Positions 1-12,860 of a DNA stretch of 64,000 nucleotides are shown here, in pieces. Positions within the stretch are counted from its first letter, which is position 1, and the number at the start of each line of letters is the position of its first letter. A program made the translations under genes and the position numbers. Location: NCBI RefSeq assembly GCF_036971445.1, contig NC_091473.1:216876001-216940000 (forward strand), read 5' to 3'. This DNA is from Narcine bancroftii (Eukaryota). The notes beneath the pieces were generated by a model. The model saw only the letters and a program-made list of their open reading frames with translations, made no database searches and was not told the DNA's origin.

Positions 1-63
1 AGCAGTCAGGAAGGCTTTTAACACTTGCAACGTGTTCTAAGACACCTGAAAAAAAGCTGAAAA

Positions 64-845
64 ATGAAGAATGAAGTGTTGCACTTAGGGGCGACTAACC
101 AAGGTGGAACATATACAGTAAATGGTAGGGGACTGAGGAGGGCAGTAGAATATAAGGATCTGGGAATACACATACGTAATTCCACTAAAGCAGTAGCTCG
201 GGCAGATCAGGGCAAAAAGAGAGCTTTTGGCATGTTGTCATTCATAAATCAAAGTACTGCATACAGGAGTTGGGGTGTACGATGAAGCTGTAGAAATGAC
301 CGAGGCCAGATTTGGAGTTTTGTGTGCAGGTTTGACCATGTAACTACAGGAAATATATTTATAAGATTGAAGGAGTGCAAATAAAATGTAAAAGAATGTT
401 GCTGGGACCTCAGGAATGAAGGAACAGGGAAAGGTTAAGCAGGTTAGGGCTTTATTCCTTGGAGCAGAGACAAAAGGGTGAATTTTGATAAGGGTATGTA
501 GAATTATGACAGAGTAAATTCAATCAGGGTTTTTACCCACTGAAGGTGGATGAGACAAGAACTCTTGTTCTTGTCCAATGACAAGGGTTAAGGGTGAAAG
601 GTGAAATGTTTAAGGGGAATATTCAGGGTATCTTGTGCATGCAGAGAATTTTGAGAGAATTAATAAGGTGCCAGCAGAGGTGATAAAAATGTATGCTCAA
701 TTTTGACATTTAAGTAATATTTGGATAGAAACATGGATGGGGGGAATATGGAGGGCAAAGGTACACATTGGCATGAGACAGAATAACAGTTTTGCACAAA
801 CTAGATGGGCCCAAAGAATTCTTTCATTTCTGAAATGTTCCATGG
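64..845 (+). mobile_element. CR1 LINE 3' fragment (degenerate RT C-terminus and 3' UTR)
   Basis: Translation NEVLHLG..YKDLGIHI..AFGMLSFI matches CR1 ORF2 C-terminal motifs (KCEVLHFG, RDLGV); many stops and frameshifts. Confidence 0.8.
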
Positions 846-1940
846 CAGTGCATTTACTGAGGTGCCACGTGCTTATGAAGTACTTAAAGTTTGTGACATG
901 CCATTGATTTAAAAGAGGGTATTGCATTGCATCACCGTAGGAGATGCAATTGTCCAAAGAATAAAATTACAATGGAAAATGATGATTTTGCTTCCTGAAG
1001 ACTTTTGATCATGAAAATAGCTTTAAACATTTCCTAGCATGTACCTTTTTAAAACGATATCTTGTTGTGCTTTCCTGCCATAGTTTCAGCCTATTTATAT
1101 ATTACCCACAAAGCAAGCTGTTTAGGTCAATTCAAGCATGTGCAGGTGTTATGCAAATGTTGTCTTAGGCCTGGCATGCTTAGTCAGGACAGATGCAGAC
1201 AGTCAAAAAAATTAGATCATATATACAGATACATTTCATTGATATAGATTGAACACATGTTGTTGCACATGCTCATCAGGCCATAGCTTATTAAGTATAC
1301 TTAAAACAACAGTATTTAATGTCTTCAGAAAGATTTGAAACAGCAGGAAAATTGAGTATATGCTTAAAGCTCAGTGACGCAGCATGACCACACTTATTTT
1401 AAAAAGCCTCTGAGCTCTACTTCAGTTGTAAAATTGGAGACCAAGACAAACCTTGGGCACCTCACATTTGTCGGGCAACACGTGCAGTCAAACTGAGAGC
1501 TTGGCTCAGAGGTACTCAGAAGTCAATGCCATTTGCAGACCCAATGATTATGAAGGTTCACGTGACCACCTGTTACTGCTGTATAATCAATGTATCTGGC
1601 TTCTCTGTAAAAATAAAAAATCTATTGAATGCACCAATCTGCCTTCAGCCATGAGACTAGTATCCTTGATTGACTAAGAAACGTTAATTATTTTGTTGTG
1701 GAATTTCTGGACTCCAAATGTGAAATTTAACATCTGGTATGTTGTATTTTGATGAGAAGTTATGTTAATCTGAGGTGTTATTGCATTTATAACTTTTAAA
1801 CACAATTTATGAAGAAGTGTGGCATATTGTGGAATACTCTATCAAACATCTACAGGTGTCATTTGGAAGGTTGCAGTAGAGCCTGGTTTGGGAATTCGAT
1901 TTCCCAGGAACACAGAAGGCCCAGAAGGTAACACATAGTG

Positions 1941-3768
1941 ATAGGAACATAGGAACATAGGAAGTAGGAACAGGAGTAGGCCAAAAATGGCCCATCGAGC
2001 CTGCTCCGTCATTCAATATGATCATGGCTGATCTAATTTATGACCTAACTCCACCTACCTGCCTTCTCCCCATATCCCCTAATTCCTCTATCATGTAAGA
2101 ATTTATCTAACCGAATTTTAAATATGTTTAATGAAGCAGCCTCAACCACTTCCCTGCTTAGAGAATTCCAAACATTCACTACTCTCTGGGAAAAACTATT
2201 TTTCCTCATCTCTGTCCTAAATCTACTCCCGCGAATCTTGAGACTGTGTCCTCTCATTTTAGTTTCCCTGGCCAGCTCAAAAAACCTTCCTACATCTATC
2301 CTATCCATACCCTTCATAATCCTATATGTTTCTATAAGATCTCCTCTCATTCTTCTGAACTCGAGCGAATACAATCCTAGACGATTTAATCTTTCATCAT
2401 AAGTCAACCCCTTCATCCCAGCGATCAACCTAGTAAACCTCCTCTGGACCGTCTCCAAAGCCAGTATATCCTTCCTCAAATATGGAGACCAGAACTGGAC
2501 ACAGTACTCCAGGTGTGGACTCACCAGTACCTTATACAGTTGCAACATTACCTCCCTACTCCTGAATTCAATTCCTCTAGCGATGAAGGCCAACATTCCA
2601 TTTGCCTTCTTAATAACCTGCTCCACCTACAACCTAACTTTTTGCGATTCATGCACAAGCACTCCCAAGTCCCTCTGCACAACAGCATGCTGTAGTTTTT
2701 CATCTTTTAAATAATATTCAGCTCTTTTATTTTTCTTGCCAAAGTGGATAACCTCACACTTACTAACATTGTACTCCATCTGCCAGACCTTTGCCCACTC
2801 ATCCAGCTTAACTATATCCCTCTGCAGACTCTCCACATGCTCATTAAAATTTGCTCTTCCACTCAATTTGGTGTCATCCGCAAACTTGGCTACACCACAT
2901 TTTGTCCCCTCCTCCAAGTCATCAATGTGAATGATGAACAGTTCTGGGCCTAACACTGACCCCTGCAGCACCCCACTTGCCACTCTCTGCCAACCTGAAA
3001 AACTCCCATTTATCCCGACTCTCTTCCACTGTTCCTCAACTGTTTCATCAATTAGCCCGTGCTCCCAGTCCACTCTGCCCAATTTCTCCCTCATCCTATG
3101 GTAGTCATCCCTGTTTAAGCATAATATATTAGTTTTAGATCTAACTATTTCCCCTTCCATCTGAATGAGAAATTCAATCATACTATGATCGCTATTTCCC
3201 AGATGGTCTCTGACTATTACATCATTTACTCTACCTATCTCATTGCACAACACTAGATCCAGAAGAGCATTTTCTCTTGTGGGTTCCTTAACATGCTGCT
3301 CAAGAAAGCTATCGCAGATGCATTCTATGAAGTCCTTTTCCAGACTCCCACGACCAACTTGATTTTCCCAATCTATGTGGAAGTTAAGGTACCCCATGAC
3401 TACTGCCGTATCATTATTACATGCCTCACTTATCTCTCTATTTATTTCCTGTGCCACTAAACTATTGTTATTTGGTGGGCGATAGATAAGACCCACCAAT
3501 AACTTTTTCCCTTTGTTATTCTTTATCTCTACCCAAATGGAGTCAACATTATGCTCTTTAGATCTTATATCATTCCTCACTACTGCCTGGAGCTCATCTT
3601 TGATTAAGAGTGCAACTCCACCTCCCTTACCATCCTGTCTATCTCTTTGCACCACCTGATACCCTTGAAAGTTTAATTCCCATTTAGGGTCACCTTGTAG
3701 CCATGTTTCCGTGATGGCTACCAAATCATAGGCATGGGTACCGATTTGTGCCTCAAGTTCACTAACCT
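1941..3768 (-). mobile_element. CR1 LINE ORF2 (APE endonuclease and RT C-terminal part, internally deleted), interrupted by an L1 insertion
   Basis: ORFs 2627-3724 (VAITETWL, GGGVALLI, SDH, GSVLGP, KFADDTK) and 2045-2626 (LEYCVQFWSP); 8-bp ATAGGAAC tandem 3' tail at 1941-1961; the element resumes at 9832. Confidence 0.92.
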
Positions 3769-4057
3769 GGGGGAGTCACATGATGGAGTAGTGGCCGGTA
3801 GGGGAACTCCAGCCCTCTCCAGAAAAGTTAAAATAGATAGAGAAAAAGCAAAGGGACAAACATAAAAACCAAAACAAAGTGAAAATTGTGGAGAAAATGG
3901 CAGCAAAGAAAGAAAAAACAAAAATAATAGGAAGAAAAGAAGAAGGAAAGACGTCGGAAGAAGAAGGTAAAGGCCTTACCGGTACGAGGAGGCCCGCCAT
4001 GGAGAGAGAAGCCAGCTCCCTGAGGTCAGTCGAAGTCGTGAACTTGGGACTACAAAA

Positions 4058-5258
4058 ATGGCTCATGGAGCCAAACAAAAGTGCGCATCGCGCATGCGCG
4101 AGGACAAAAATAACACTGACGGGTGGGGGGACCAGCTGATGAGTAGATCTCCACAGCTGAAACAGACAACTACAACACAACAGCAAGAGGAAAACATAGA
4201 AAATAACGAGGGCAAGAAAGAAGAGAGTAAAAATAAGAAATCAAAGAAACAACAGATGACCAACCCAGAGGAAGAAGACCAGCATCAAGACACTTCTAAT
4301 AAAAATAAGAAGACCAAAAATACCCAACAAAATAAAACAAACAACCCAACAAGAAAAGCAGAAGAGACAGAGGTAAAGGACACAGATCCTGGAGTGGACT
4401 CAGAAGAAGAGGAGGAAGAGCACAGAGAAATGGAAGATGAAGGGAAGGGCAAGTACATGGATATATTTTTTTTGAAAGAATATATGGAAACAGTAAAAGA
4501 ATGGCAGTCACAAGAATTGAGTGAAATAAAAAGAAGAATAAAAAGTACAGAAGGAAAAGTGAATAGATTAGAGATGATCATGACAGATATAGGAAAAAGA
4601 GTAGACAAGGTGGAAGAACGAGAAACAGCCATAGAAATGGAAGTAGATGACTTAAAAAATAAATTAGAAGAATCTGATAAAGAAGTTAAAGAAGCACAGG
4701 AGCTGTTAGCTCAGAAGATGGATATAATGGAAAATTATAATAGAAGAAACAATATAAAGATAGTGGGCCTTAAGGAAGATGAAGAAGGCAAAAATATGAA
4801 AGAATTTATAAAAGAAAGGATCCCCAGGGTCCTAGGAAGACCAGAATTACAGGAAGAAATGGAAATAGAAAGGGCACACAGAACATTAGTCCCTAAACCA
4901 CAACCACAACAAAAAACAAGATCCATTCTAGTAAAATTCCTAAGATATACAACAAGAGAAAATATATTGGAGAAGGCAATGAAGAAAATAAGAGAAGATT
5001 TAAAAAAAAAACACTGCAATACAAGGGTCAAAAATTTTTTTATATCCAGATAAAAGTTTTGAACTCCTGAAGAAGAGGAAGGAGTTTAATGCAGCAAAAA
5101 TGACCCTATGGAAAAAAGGTTATAAATTTATGTTAAAATACCCAGCAGTACTTAAAATAGTTATTCCGGGGCAGCAAAACAGACTATTCTCGGATCCGGA
5201 AGAAGCTCAAAAATTTGCAGAACAACTACAAGACAGACAGAGAGATGAAGAGATGTAA
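4058..5258 (+). pseudogene. L1 ORF1p (coiled coil, RRM, CTD), frameshifted near 5000-5050
   Basis: ENYNRRNNIKIVGLKE and EIERAHR are L1 ORF1p (Transposase_22-type) motifs; the frame breaks at an A-run. Confidence 0.88.
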
Positions 5259-5280
5259 CAAGAACAAAAATGACAACAAA

Positions 5281-5345
5281 CTATATGTATGTGTGTATGT
5301 AGGTATATATATATATATATATATATGTATATGTGTGTATGTGTG

Positions 5346-5380
<35 letters not shown>
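5281..5380. repeat. (TA)n/(TG)n microsatellite in the L1 inter-ORF spacer
   Basis: Two TA runs separated by TATGTG units. Confidence 0.95.
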
Positions 5381-5388
<8 letters not shown>

Positions 5389-5773
5389 GGTAAGAACTAA
5401 GAAAGGGAAGAGAGGAAGTAAGGAGGGAATTAAGAGAGTGACCTTTGTTGTATATGAAAATTAAAATCTTTTCTGGGGGGTGCTGGGTGGGGAAGAGTTA
5501 TGGTCACTGCGAAATCAGTTGACGCTTGCGAGTGAATTTGGAAATCCAAATGGAGAGGGGAGATGTGGTTGCCCGACAAGGGACAAAGGGCAACTCAGAA
5601 AGGGGAGGGACTATTGGGGTTAAAAGAATTTTAGATATGGGAATAGTGGAAATATTTTAAGTTTTAGAAATGTTGTCTTGTTGTAATTTCATGTTCAAAA
5701 AAAGAAAGCAGAAATGGATAAGAAGGGAAGGTGTTGATGAGGAAACGGAAAGGAAAGATAAACAAAGTATGAA

Positions 5774-8700
5774 ATGGTTACGTTGAACTATATGACTTTA
5801 AATATTAATGGAATACATAACCAAATCAAAAAGAAGAAACTGTTAAATTTACTGTAAAAAAGAAAAAAACGATATAGCATTCGTACAAGAAACACATCTA
5901 ACTGAAGTGGAACGCAAGAAATTAAAGAGAGATTGGATAGGACATGTAACAGCAGCATCATATAATTCAAAAGCCAGAGGAGTAGCTATATTAATCAATA
6001 AAAATGTACCAATCAAAATAGAAGAGGAAATAATAGATCCAGCAGGGAGATATGTAATGATAAAATGTCAGATATATTCAGAATTTTGGAATTTACTCAA
6101 TGTATACGCACCTAATGAAGAAGATCAAAAATTTATGCAAGATATCTTTTTGAAGATAGCAGATACGCAAGGGAACATACTAATAGGAGGGGATTTTAAC
6201 CTTAATTTGGACTCAAACATGGATAAAACTGGAAAAAAAACTAACAAAAGAACAAAGTAACCAAATTATAATTAAATCGATGCAAGAAATGCAACTTTTG
6301 GATATATGGAGGAAACAACACCCAAAGGAAAAGGAATATTCATATTATTCAGGTAGACATAAAACATACTCAAGGATAGACCTATTCCTGTTATCAGCCC
6401 ACATTCAAGGGAGAGTTAGGAAAACGGAATATAAAGCTAGACTATTATCGGAGCACTCACCCCTGTTATTGGCAATAGATCTAGAGGACATCCCACCAAG
6501 AATGTATAGATGGAGATTAAACTCCATCCTACTTAAAAGACAGGATTTTAGAGAATTCATTGAATGACAAATTAAAATGTACTTTGAAATAAATACGGAA
6601 TCAGCGAAAGATAAGTTTATACTATGGGACGCAATGAAAATGTTCATCAGAGGGCAAATAATAAGTTATGTAACTAAGATGAAGAAGGACGACAATCGGG
6701 AAACAGAACAGTTGGAAAGGGAAATAACAAATATAGAAAAAGAATTAGCAATAAAGGAAGATACAACTAAAAGAAGAGAATTGGCAGGTAAAAAATAAAA
6801 TATGAAACACTACAAACATTTAAGGTGGAGAAGAACATAATGAAGAAAACAGAAATATTATGAGCTAGGAGAAAAAATGCACAAAATTCTAGCGTGGCAG
6901 CTTAAGACAGAACAAACTAAAAGAATGGTATTGGCATTAAGGAAAAAGGACAAACAAATTACATATAATCCAACGGAGATCAATGAAAACTTCAGTGAAT
7001 TCTACGAGCAGCTATTTCAAACTGAAACCGAAGGGAAAGAAGACAAAATAAATGAATTTCTAACTAAAATTGAACTACTGAAATTACAAACAGAGAAGCA
7101 AAATAAATTAATAAAACCATTTGAAATAGAAGAATTACAGGAGAAATTTAAAAAACTACCGAACAATAAAACACCAGAGGATGGATTCCCAATAGAATTC
7201 TATAAAACATTTAAAGACTTATTAATTCCTTCCCTTCTGGAAGTAATCAACCAGATTGATAAAACACAAAGTATACCAGATTCATGCAAAACACCAATAA
7301 TTACAGTAATACCAAAGACAGGGAAAGATCCACTTGCACCAGCGTCATATAAACCAATATCTTTACTTAACACAGATTATAAGATAATAGCTAAACTATT
7401 AGCAAACAGATTGGCCGACTATGTACCAAAAATAATAAATCTAGACCAAACTAGATTTATTAAGAAAAGAGGAACACTGGACAATATCTGTAAGTTAATT
7501 AACTTAATCCATGCAGTACAAGGAAACAAGACGCCAACAGTGGCAGTTGCCTTAGACTCAGAGAAAGCCTTTGACAGAGTAGAATGGAATTATTTATTCA
7601 AAGTACTACAAAAATTCAGCCTACCAGAGAAATATATTAATTGGATTAAAGCATTATATAAGGGGCCATTGGCGAATGTGACAGTAAATGGATATATATC
7701 AAAACAATTTAACTTAAGCAGATCAACAAGGCAGGGATGTCCACTATCTCCCTCACTGTTCGTGTTAGCTATAGAACCACTAGCAGAATTGATAAGAACA
7801 GAAAATAAAATAAGAGGGATAAAAATAAAAGAGAAGGAATAGAGAATCAGTCTATTTGCAGATGACGTTATAATATACTTAACAGAACCAGAAATATCAA
7901 TAAAAGAATTACATAGGAAATTGAAGGAATATGGAGAAGTTTCGGGTACAAGATCAACGCAAATAAAAGTGAAGCAATGCCAATGAATAATGCGGATTTC
8001 TCAAAGTTTAAGAAAGATCGCCATTTAGATGGCAAACGCAAGCAATGCGATACCTAGGTATAAAACTAAATAAAAACCTCGGCCATCTATATAAATGCAA
8101 TTACCATCCATTAATGAAAAAATTACAAGATGACTTAGAGCATTGGAAAGGCTTACCACTAACACTGATAGGAAGGATAAACTGTATTAAAATGAACATT
8201 TTCCCAAGGATACAATACCCATTTCAGTCATTACCAATACGCCTAACAGAGAAGAATTAACAGAGAAATTCTTCAAGGAGTTAAAGAAAATAATAAGGAA
8301 TTTTTTATGGAAAGGGGGGGGGGGAAACTGAGGATAGTTCTAGATAAATTAACAGAATGGTACAAACAAGGAGGCTTACAACTACCAAACTTTAAAAATT
8401 ATTATAGAGCCGCACAATTAAGATACCTATCACATTTTTATCAAACAAGGGAAAAACCAGATTGGACCAGATTAGAACTAGATAAAATAGGGGAGAAGAT
8501 ACCTGAACATATACTATATAAATGGGATGAAAAATTGGTGCAACGTAGGAATTCACTGGTATTGCATCATCTGCTCAACATTTGGAAGAAGATTCATGTA
8601 GAAAGGAATAAAACAAATTACCAACTACCAAAACTAATATTGACGCAAAATCAGCTAATCCCTTTTACAATAGATAACCTTTCCTTTAGAGAATGGGAGA

Positions 8701-9572
8701 GAAAAGGGATCAAAAGAATAAAAAATTGTTTTTCGGGAGGTAAATTATTGTCCTTTGAACAAATGAAGGATAAATATAATATAACTCACAGTACAATGTT
8801 GGCATACTACCAACTGAAAACCTACTTGAAGGACAAATTGGGAAACAGTCTGAGGTTACCAGAAGAAAGAAATTTTGAATATGTGATTACAGACACAATG
8901 ATAATTAAAAAATTTGTAACAAACATGTACATCAAACTGCAAGAAAAGCAGAATGAGGAAACAAATGGTAAACCTAAACAAAAATGGGAACAAGATCTAA
9001 ACATAAAGATAAAGAATGAAACATGGGAGAAGCTATTCTCCGGAACTACGAGAAATACAATAAACACGAGGTTACGCATGATACAATATAATAGGCTATA
9101 CATTACACCCCAAAAGTTAAATAGATGGGATCCAACAGTATCAGACAGATGTTTTTGTTGTAAAAAGGAAACGGGAACAACAATTGATGCAATTTGGACA
9201 TGTGAGAAAGTGGAAAAAGTTTGGGAAGATCTAAACCAGATATTAAATAAAATCACAAAAAGCAATATACCAAAAAACCCAGAGATCTTCCTCCTAAGTA
9301 ATATAAGAAGCAATGAATTTGGACTCGATTTGGATGGAGCACAAAAAAGATTTGTTATGATAGCCCTAGCTGTAGCAAAAGAATTTATTATGTCAACCTG
9401 GAAATTAGAAGACAACTTGAGAATACAACAATGGTATATAGAAATGAATAAATGTATTCCATTAGAAAAAAAAACATATAATTTAAGAAATAATATAACA
9501 ATATTCAAACAAATATGGGAGCCATACATGAAATACGATAGAGAAATCCTACCGTGGACATCTATCACCTAA
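5774..9572 (+). pseudogene. L1 ORF2p (APE endonuclease, RT, Cys-rich C-terminus), disrupted
   Basis: NVYAPN, GGDFN, SRID, PISLLNTDYKI, EKAFDRV, TRQGCPLSP, LFADD and a C-terminal CxxC motif; several stops and frameshifts. Confidence 0.93.
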
Positions 9573-9831
9573 AATGACAGAAGGAGAAGACAACGAAAAG
9601 AACTGACTCAGTAAAATTTCTTGTTTATTTTTATTAAGTGACAACATTGTTTAACGGGTTTAATGTATCTTATAGATTGAACTTTAAATAAATGGGGAAG
9701 GGAGTGAGGGAGGGAGGGAAGAGAGGGGGAAAAAGGGGGAGAAAACGACTGTATATATTTAAGAAGAAAAATGTCTGTATGTATCTTCGTCAACATGGTT
9801 TATAGTGTGAAAAATTTAAAAAAATTTTAAA

Positions 9832-10230
9832 AAGTTCACTAACCTTATTTCTAATACTGCGAGCATTCAGATAAAGTGCCCTTATGCTCTTTGTTCTTTT
9901 AATATCTAGTGACTTCTGTAACCTTTTCTTTTGATTTTTCTGCCCACTATTTTTCTTTGTCATTTTCTTAACACTATCATTGACCCAAAAACTCACTGCA
10001 CCATCTGATTTTTTACTTTCTCCTCCCAACATTACTTTTCCTATTTTACTTTTCCTGGCCATTACTTTATCTTCCCTACCCTTTTCCCTATCACTCTGGT
10101 TCCCATACCCCTGCCAAATTAGTTTAAACCTTGCCCCACTGCTGTACCAAACATACTTGCCAAAATGTTGACACCTTTTGGATTTAGGTGCAACCCGTCC
10201 CTTTTGTAAAGATCATGCCTTCCCCAAGGT
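9832..10230 (-). mobile_element. 5' continuation of the CR1 split by the L1
   Basis: ALYLNARSIRNKV is the CR1 endonuclease N-terminus and continues across the TSD into the 1941-3768 piece. Confidence 0.85.
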
Positions 10231-10620
10231 GGTAGATAAATCCATCACAACCTCGAACCTCCCACCTGATTACATCCATGTGAGGAAATCCCTCCAGATA
10301 AACAATCTCTGGTCGGCACCTCTTCTTACTTCCATCTTCGGGACGGCCCGTACCTCCAGTTTCAAGAACGGATTATTTCCTTCGCTTTTTACACTAGTAT
10401 CGGATTGCTCCAATACCACAAAAGGATTGTCCGAATGAATGCAAATTCAGAATGTGAAGATGGACAACTGTATATATAATCTATTTTTTGTAATTATTTT
10501 CTCTATTGTATTGAGTTTTTCAGTTATTTTCCAGTTTTTTTAAACAAAGAACCGATTTGGCTTTTTTTCCATGCATATGAATATTGTACATATTACATGA
10601 CAATAAACTGATAATAATTT
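10230..10620 (+). mobile_element. Rex1/Babar-like LINE 3' fragment
   Basis: Degenerate 3' end with AATAAA tail, homologous to 20045-20370. Confidence 0.5.
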
Positions 10621-11122
10621 TCCTCTTTCCTTGTTTCCTCTATTCGTTTACATCGTCTTTGAGAATCTGAGATTCCCCATATCTTGGACCTGCGCTGTTT
10701 GATAAACTTTGTGAGACCGAAGAACGAATTTAATTCCAGCACTCGTCTACTTCGACGTTGTGATTTTATCTCGAGGGATACCATGCGATTCATGCTTTCC
10801 TATTTTAGATTTGAAGCTTCTATTTCTTAAATGTTCTGTTATTATAAAATTATAGGCTTATCCCAGATGAAGTGTGAAATCAAATTGAGCATGAGACACA
10901 CGAGTTGAAATTAATTCAATTCTTCGAGCTGAATTTAATTGTTCTTTTCGTGGATCTATTTGTGATAATTTATTATATGAAGTGATAAGGATCCAACAAG
11001 GAGGAACTTCCTGGCTTGATATGACGCGCTAATAAGGCATAGAACCCACAATAGACCAGTGTGTACACAAATCGATTGTAGAGTGCGGGGAGGGTGCATC
11101 GACACCGATTCCTCAATTTCTC

Positions 11123-12024
11123 TCAGCAATGGATGCGTTTAGAAATGAGAATGAAGGGGGATTTCACCACGTCCTTCAACTGGTCCCGGAACCTGGTCTG
11201 TGTGACGGCGTAGAGAGCAGTGTTGGTGCAACAGCTCAGGAGCTGCATCATAAAACACAACTCCCGCAGAGGTGCAGGTGGAAACATAGACAGATATCCC
11301 AGAAAACGCATTCGGTTCCAAATGTAATAAAGGATAAACAGTGCCCACAAGAGGATGAAATTCCCGGAAATGACCAACAATAAAATAAGAGATTTTCTAC
11401 GACTCGCCATTTCTGGATCATGGGCACCTTCCCCACTGCTGGGAGCCCGAAGTCTCCTGCGGGCTCGACTCGCCACTAACACGTGTCTGATGGTCAGAGC
11501 ATTGAACAGGAGAACCAGGATGAACGGGATTATCGGGGTGAGGATGTAATGGAGAAGCTCAATCGATCCCCAGATTTGCGATTCCAGAAGTCTGGCTCTC
11601 GGCATGCAAAACCAGCGGGCGTAAGCGAGGGAATATTCCGAGGTGAGCATGAAACACCAAAAAATGTTCTTTAAACAGCTGAGAGCGGTCACTGTCCCCA
11701 GAACCACCAGCGCCGTTCTCTCGGTACAATAGTTAGTCTTCAGTTTCTGACAACAGATGGAGACGAATCGATCGAAGGTGAAGGTGACGGTGAACCAGAC
11801 AGAACAGTCGGTGGCGGTGTACAGCAGGAAGGCGTGGACATCACACACGCGGATGGACCGCACGAAACCAAAGTAATCCCGATATGCAATTGGAATCTTC
11901 CTCAAAATCACGTCCATGAAAACGACCATTAGATCCGTGGCTGCCATGGCAACCAGGTAGCGAGTGACACCTTTGGCGAGTCCGCACTTTCCCCGGGACA
12001 GGATCACAATGGTCACAGTGTTCA
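11123..12024 (-). CDS. GPR139/GPR142-like class A GPCR paralog 1, exon 2 (TM1 end to TM7); spliced protein ~377 aa
   Basis: Intact ORF with N1.50 (PVN after splicing), LVAMAATDL, FTFDRF, TM3/ECL2 cysteines and CCTNTALY; AG acceptor at 12025-12026. Confidence 0.9.
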
Positions 12025-12214
12025 CTATTTGTGGGGAGGGAAATGGGGAAATTGCAGGTTAAGCAATGGTTTTGTGCAATATTTACAGAGAACTAAAGTA
12101 CGTTTATTATTCACGTATTCACAAACGTTGTAATACCTGCAACACAGTTTAATTGGGATAAGTTCAATAAAATCAAAGAGGAAATTACAATTCGTGTTTT
12201 CATTTGGAAGTGAA

Positions 12215-12860
12215 ATCAGTGGAGCAGCAGCTTGTAGAAGCGGCGGTTGGGTCTCTTTATAAAGTGGTCAAGTGACGGATAAAAGTGGGGAGAAAGTTTT
12301 GCGGGCGGCCATTTGAGAGCTGCACCTTGGGAGGGTAACAAATGCAATGGTCGCGTTTAAGTGCTGCGGCTTTGGATCGAGAGGCTTCAGCGAGGACAGG
12401 TAGGATGTTTTCTGTCTTTAAGTGGTTTTATCATTGACCGGCAGCATTCGAGACATCAGGGATACTTGAATGTGGCCACGCAAGTCAGATTGGAGGTAAG
12501 AAGGCGTATCTTCACCAGGGAGGGGCGGGGTGGGGGGTGAATAAATGGGAAGTCATATTGTTGCCATATAAAATGTCGGTTCTGCCTTACTTGTGTGCAA
12601 TTCTAGTCAAGCTGTTACAGCAAGAATATTGAGGCTTTCCATGGGGTACAGAAAAGATTGACTAATATGTGTCCTGGATTTGAGGTAGGACAGGTCGCCG
12701 AAATCTGGATTATTTTCTCTGGTTCACCAGCGGCTGATGACAGACCTCATGGAAGTTCATAAAATTATCGGAAGCATTGGTAGGATAGACAGTCGAAACC
12801 TTTCTCCCAGGATAAAAATGCCATTTTAGAATACATTTATTGAAGGTAGGGGTTGGGATC
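12215..12860 (+). mobile_element. Old CR1 fragments in intron of paralog 1 (shared with paralog 2 intron)
   Basis: Aligns with 23595-24410 (e.g. GCGGGCGGCCAT); degenerate CR1 C-terminal coding sequence. Confidence 0.6.

Larger units (their letters stand above)
3769..9831 (+). mobile_element. Full-length L1-clade LINE (~6.06 kb) with 14-bp TSD
   Basis: TSD AAGTTCACTAACCT at 3755-3768 and 9832-9845; 5' end GGGGGAG; ORF1 and ORF2 present; G-rich 3' UTR; A-rich tail. Confidence 0.95.

Noticed and set aside
1062-1935. Possible solo LTR(s) with TG...CA ends and AATAAA at ~1612
   Set aside because: No convincing TSD, PBS/PPT or second copy in the window.
8822-9568. 248-aa hydrophobic minus-strand ORF (and similar ORFs at 4285, 15976, 42148 and 42437)
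   Set aside because: Antisense shadow of A-rich L1 sequence.
9694-9742. G-quadruplex-like tract, also at ~19891 and ~42964
   Set aside because: Expected feature of L1 3' UTRs.
11483-11674. 63-aa antisense ORF repeated at 22920-23111 and 30867-31058
   Set aside because: By-product of the homogenised GPCR coding block; not called in paralog 4; no independent coding signal.
11123-12025. Reading the ~300-aa ORFs as single-exon genes starting at GTG
   Set aside because: The G is the last base of the AG acceptor; TM1 is incomplete without exon 1, which splices in frame.
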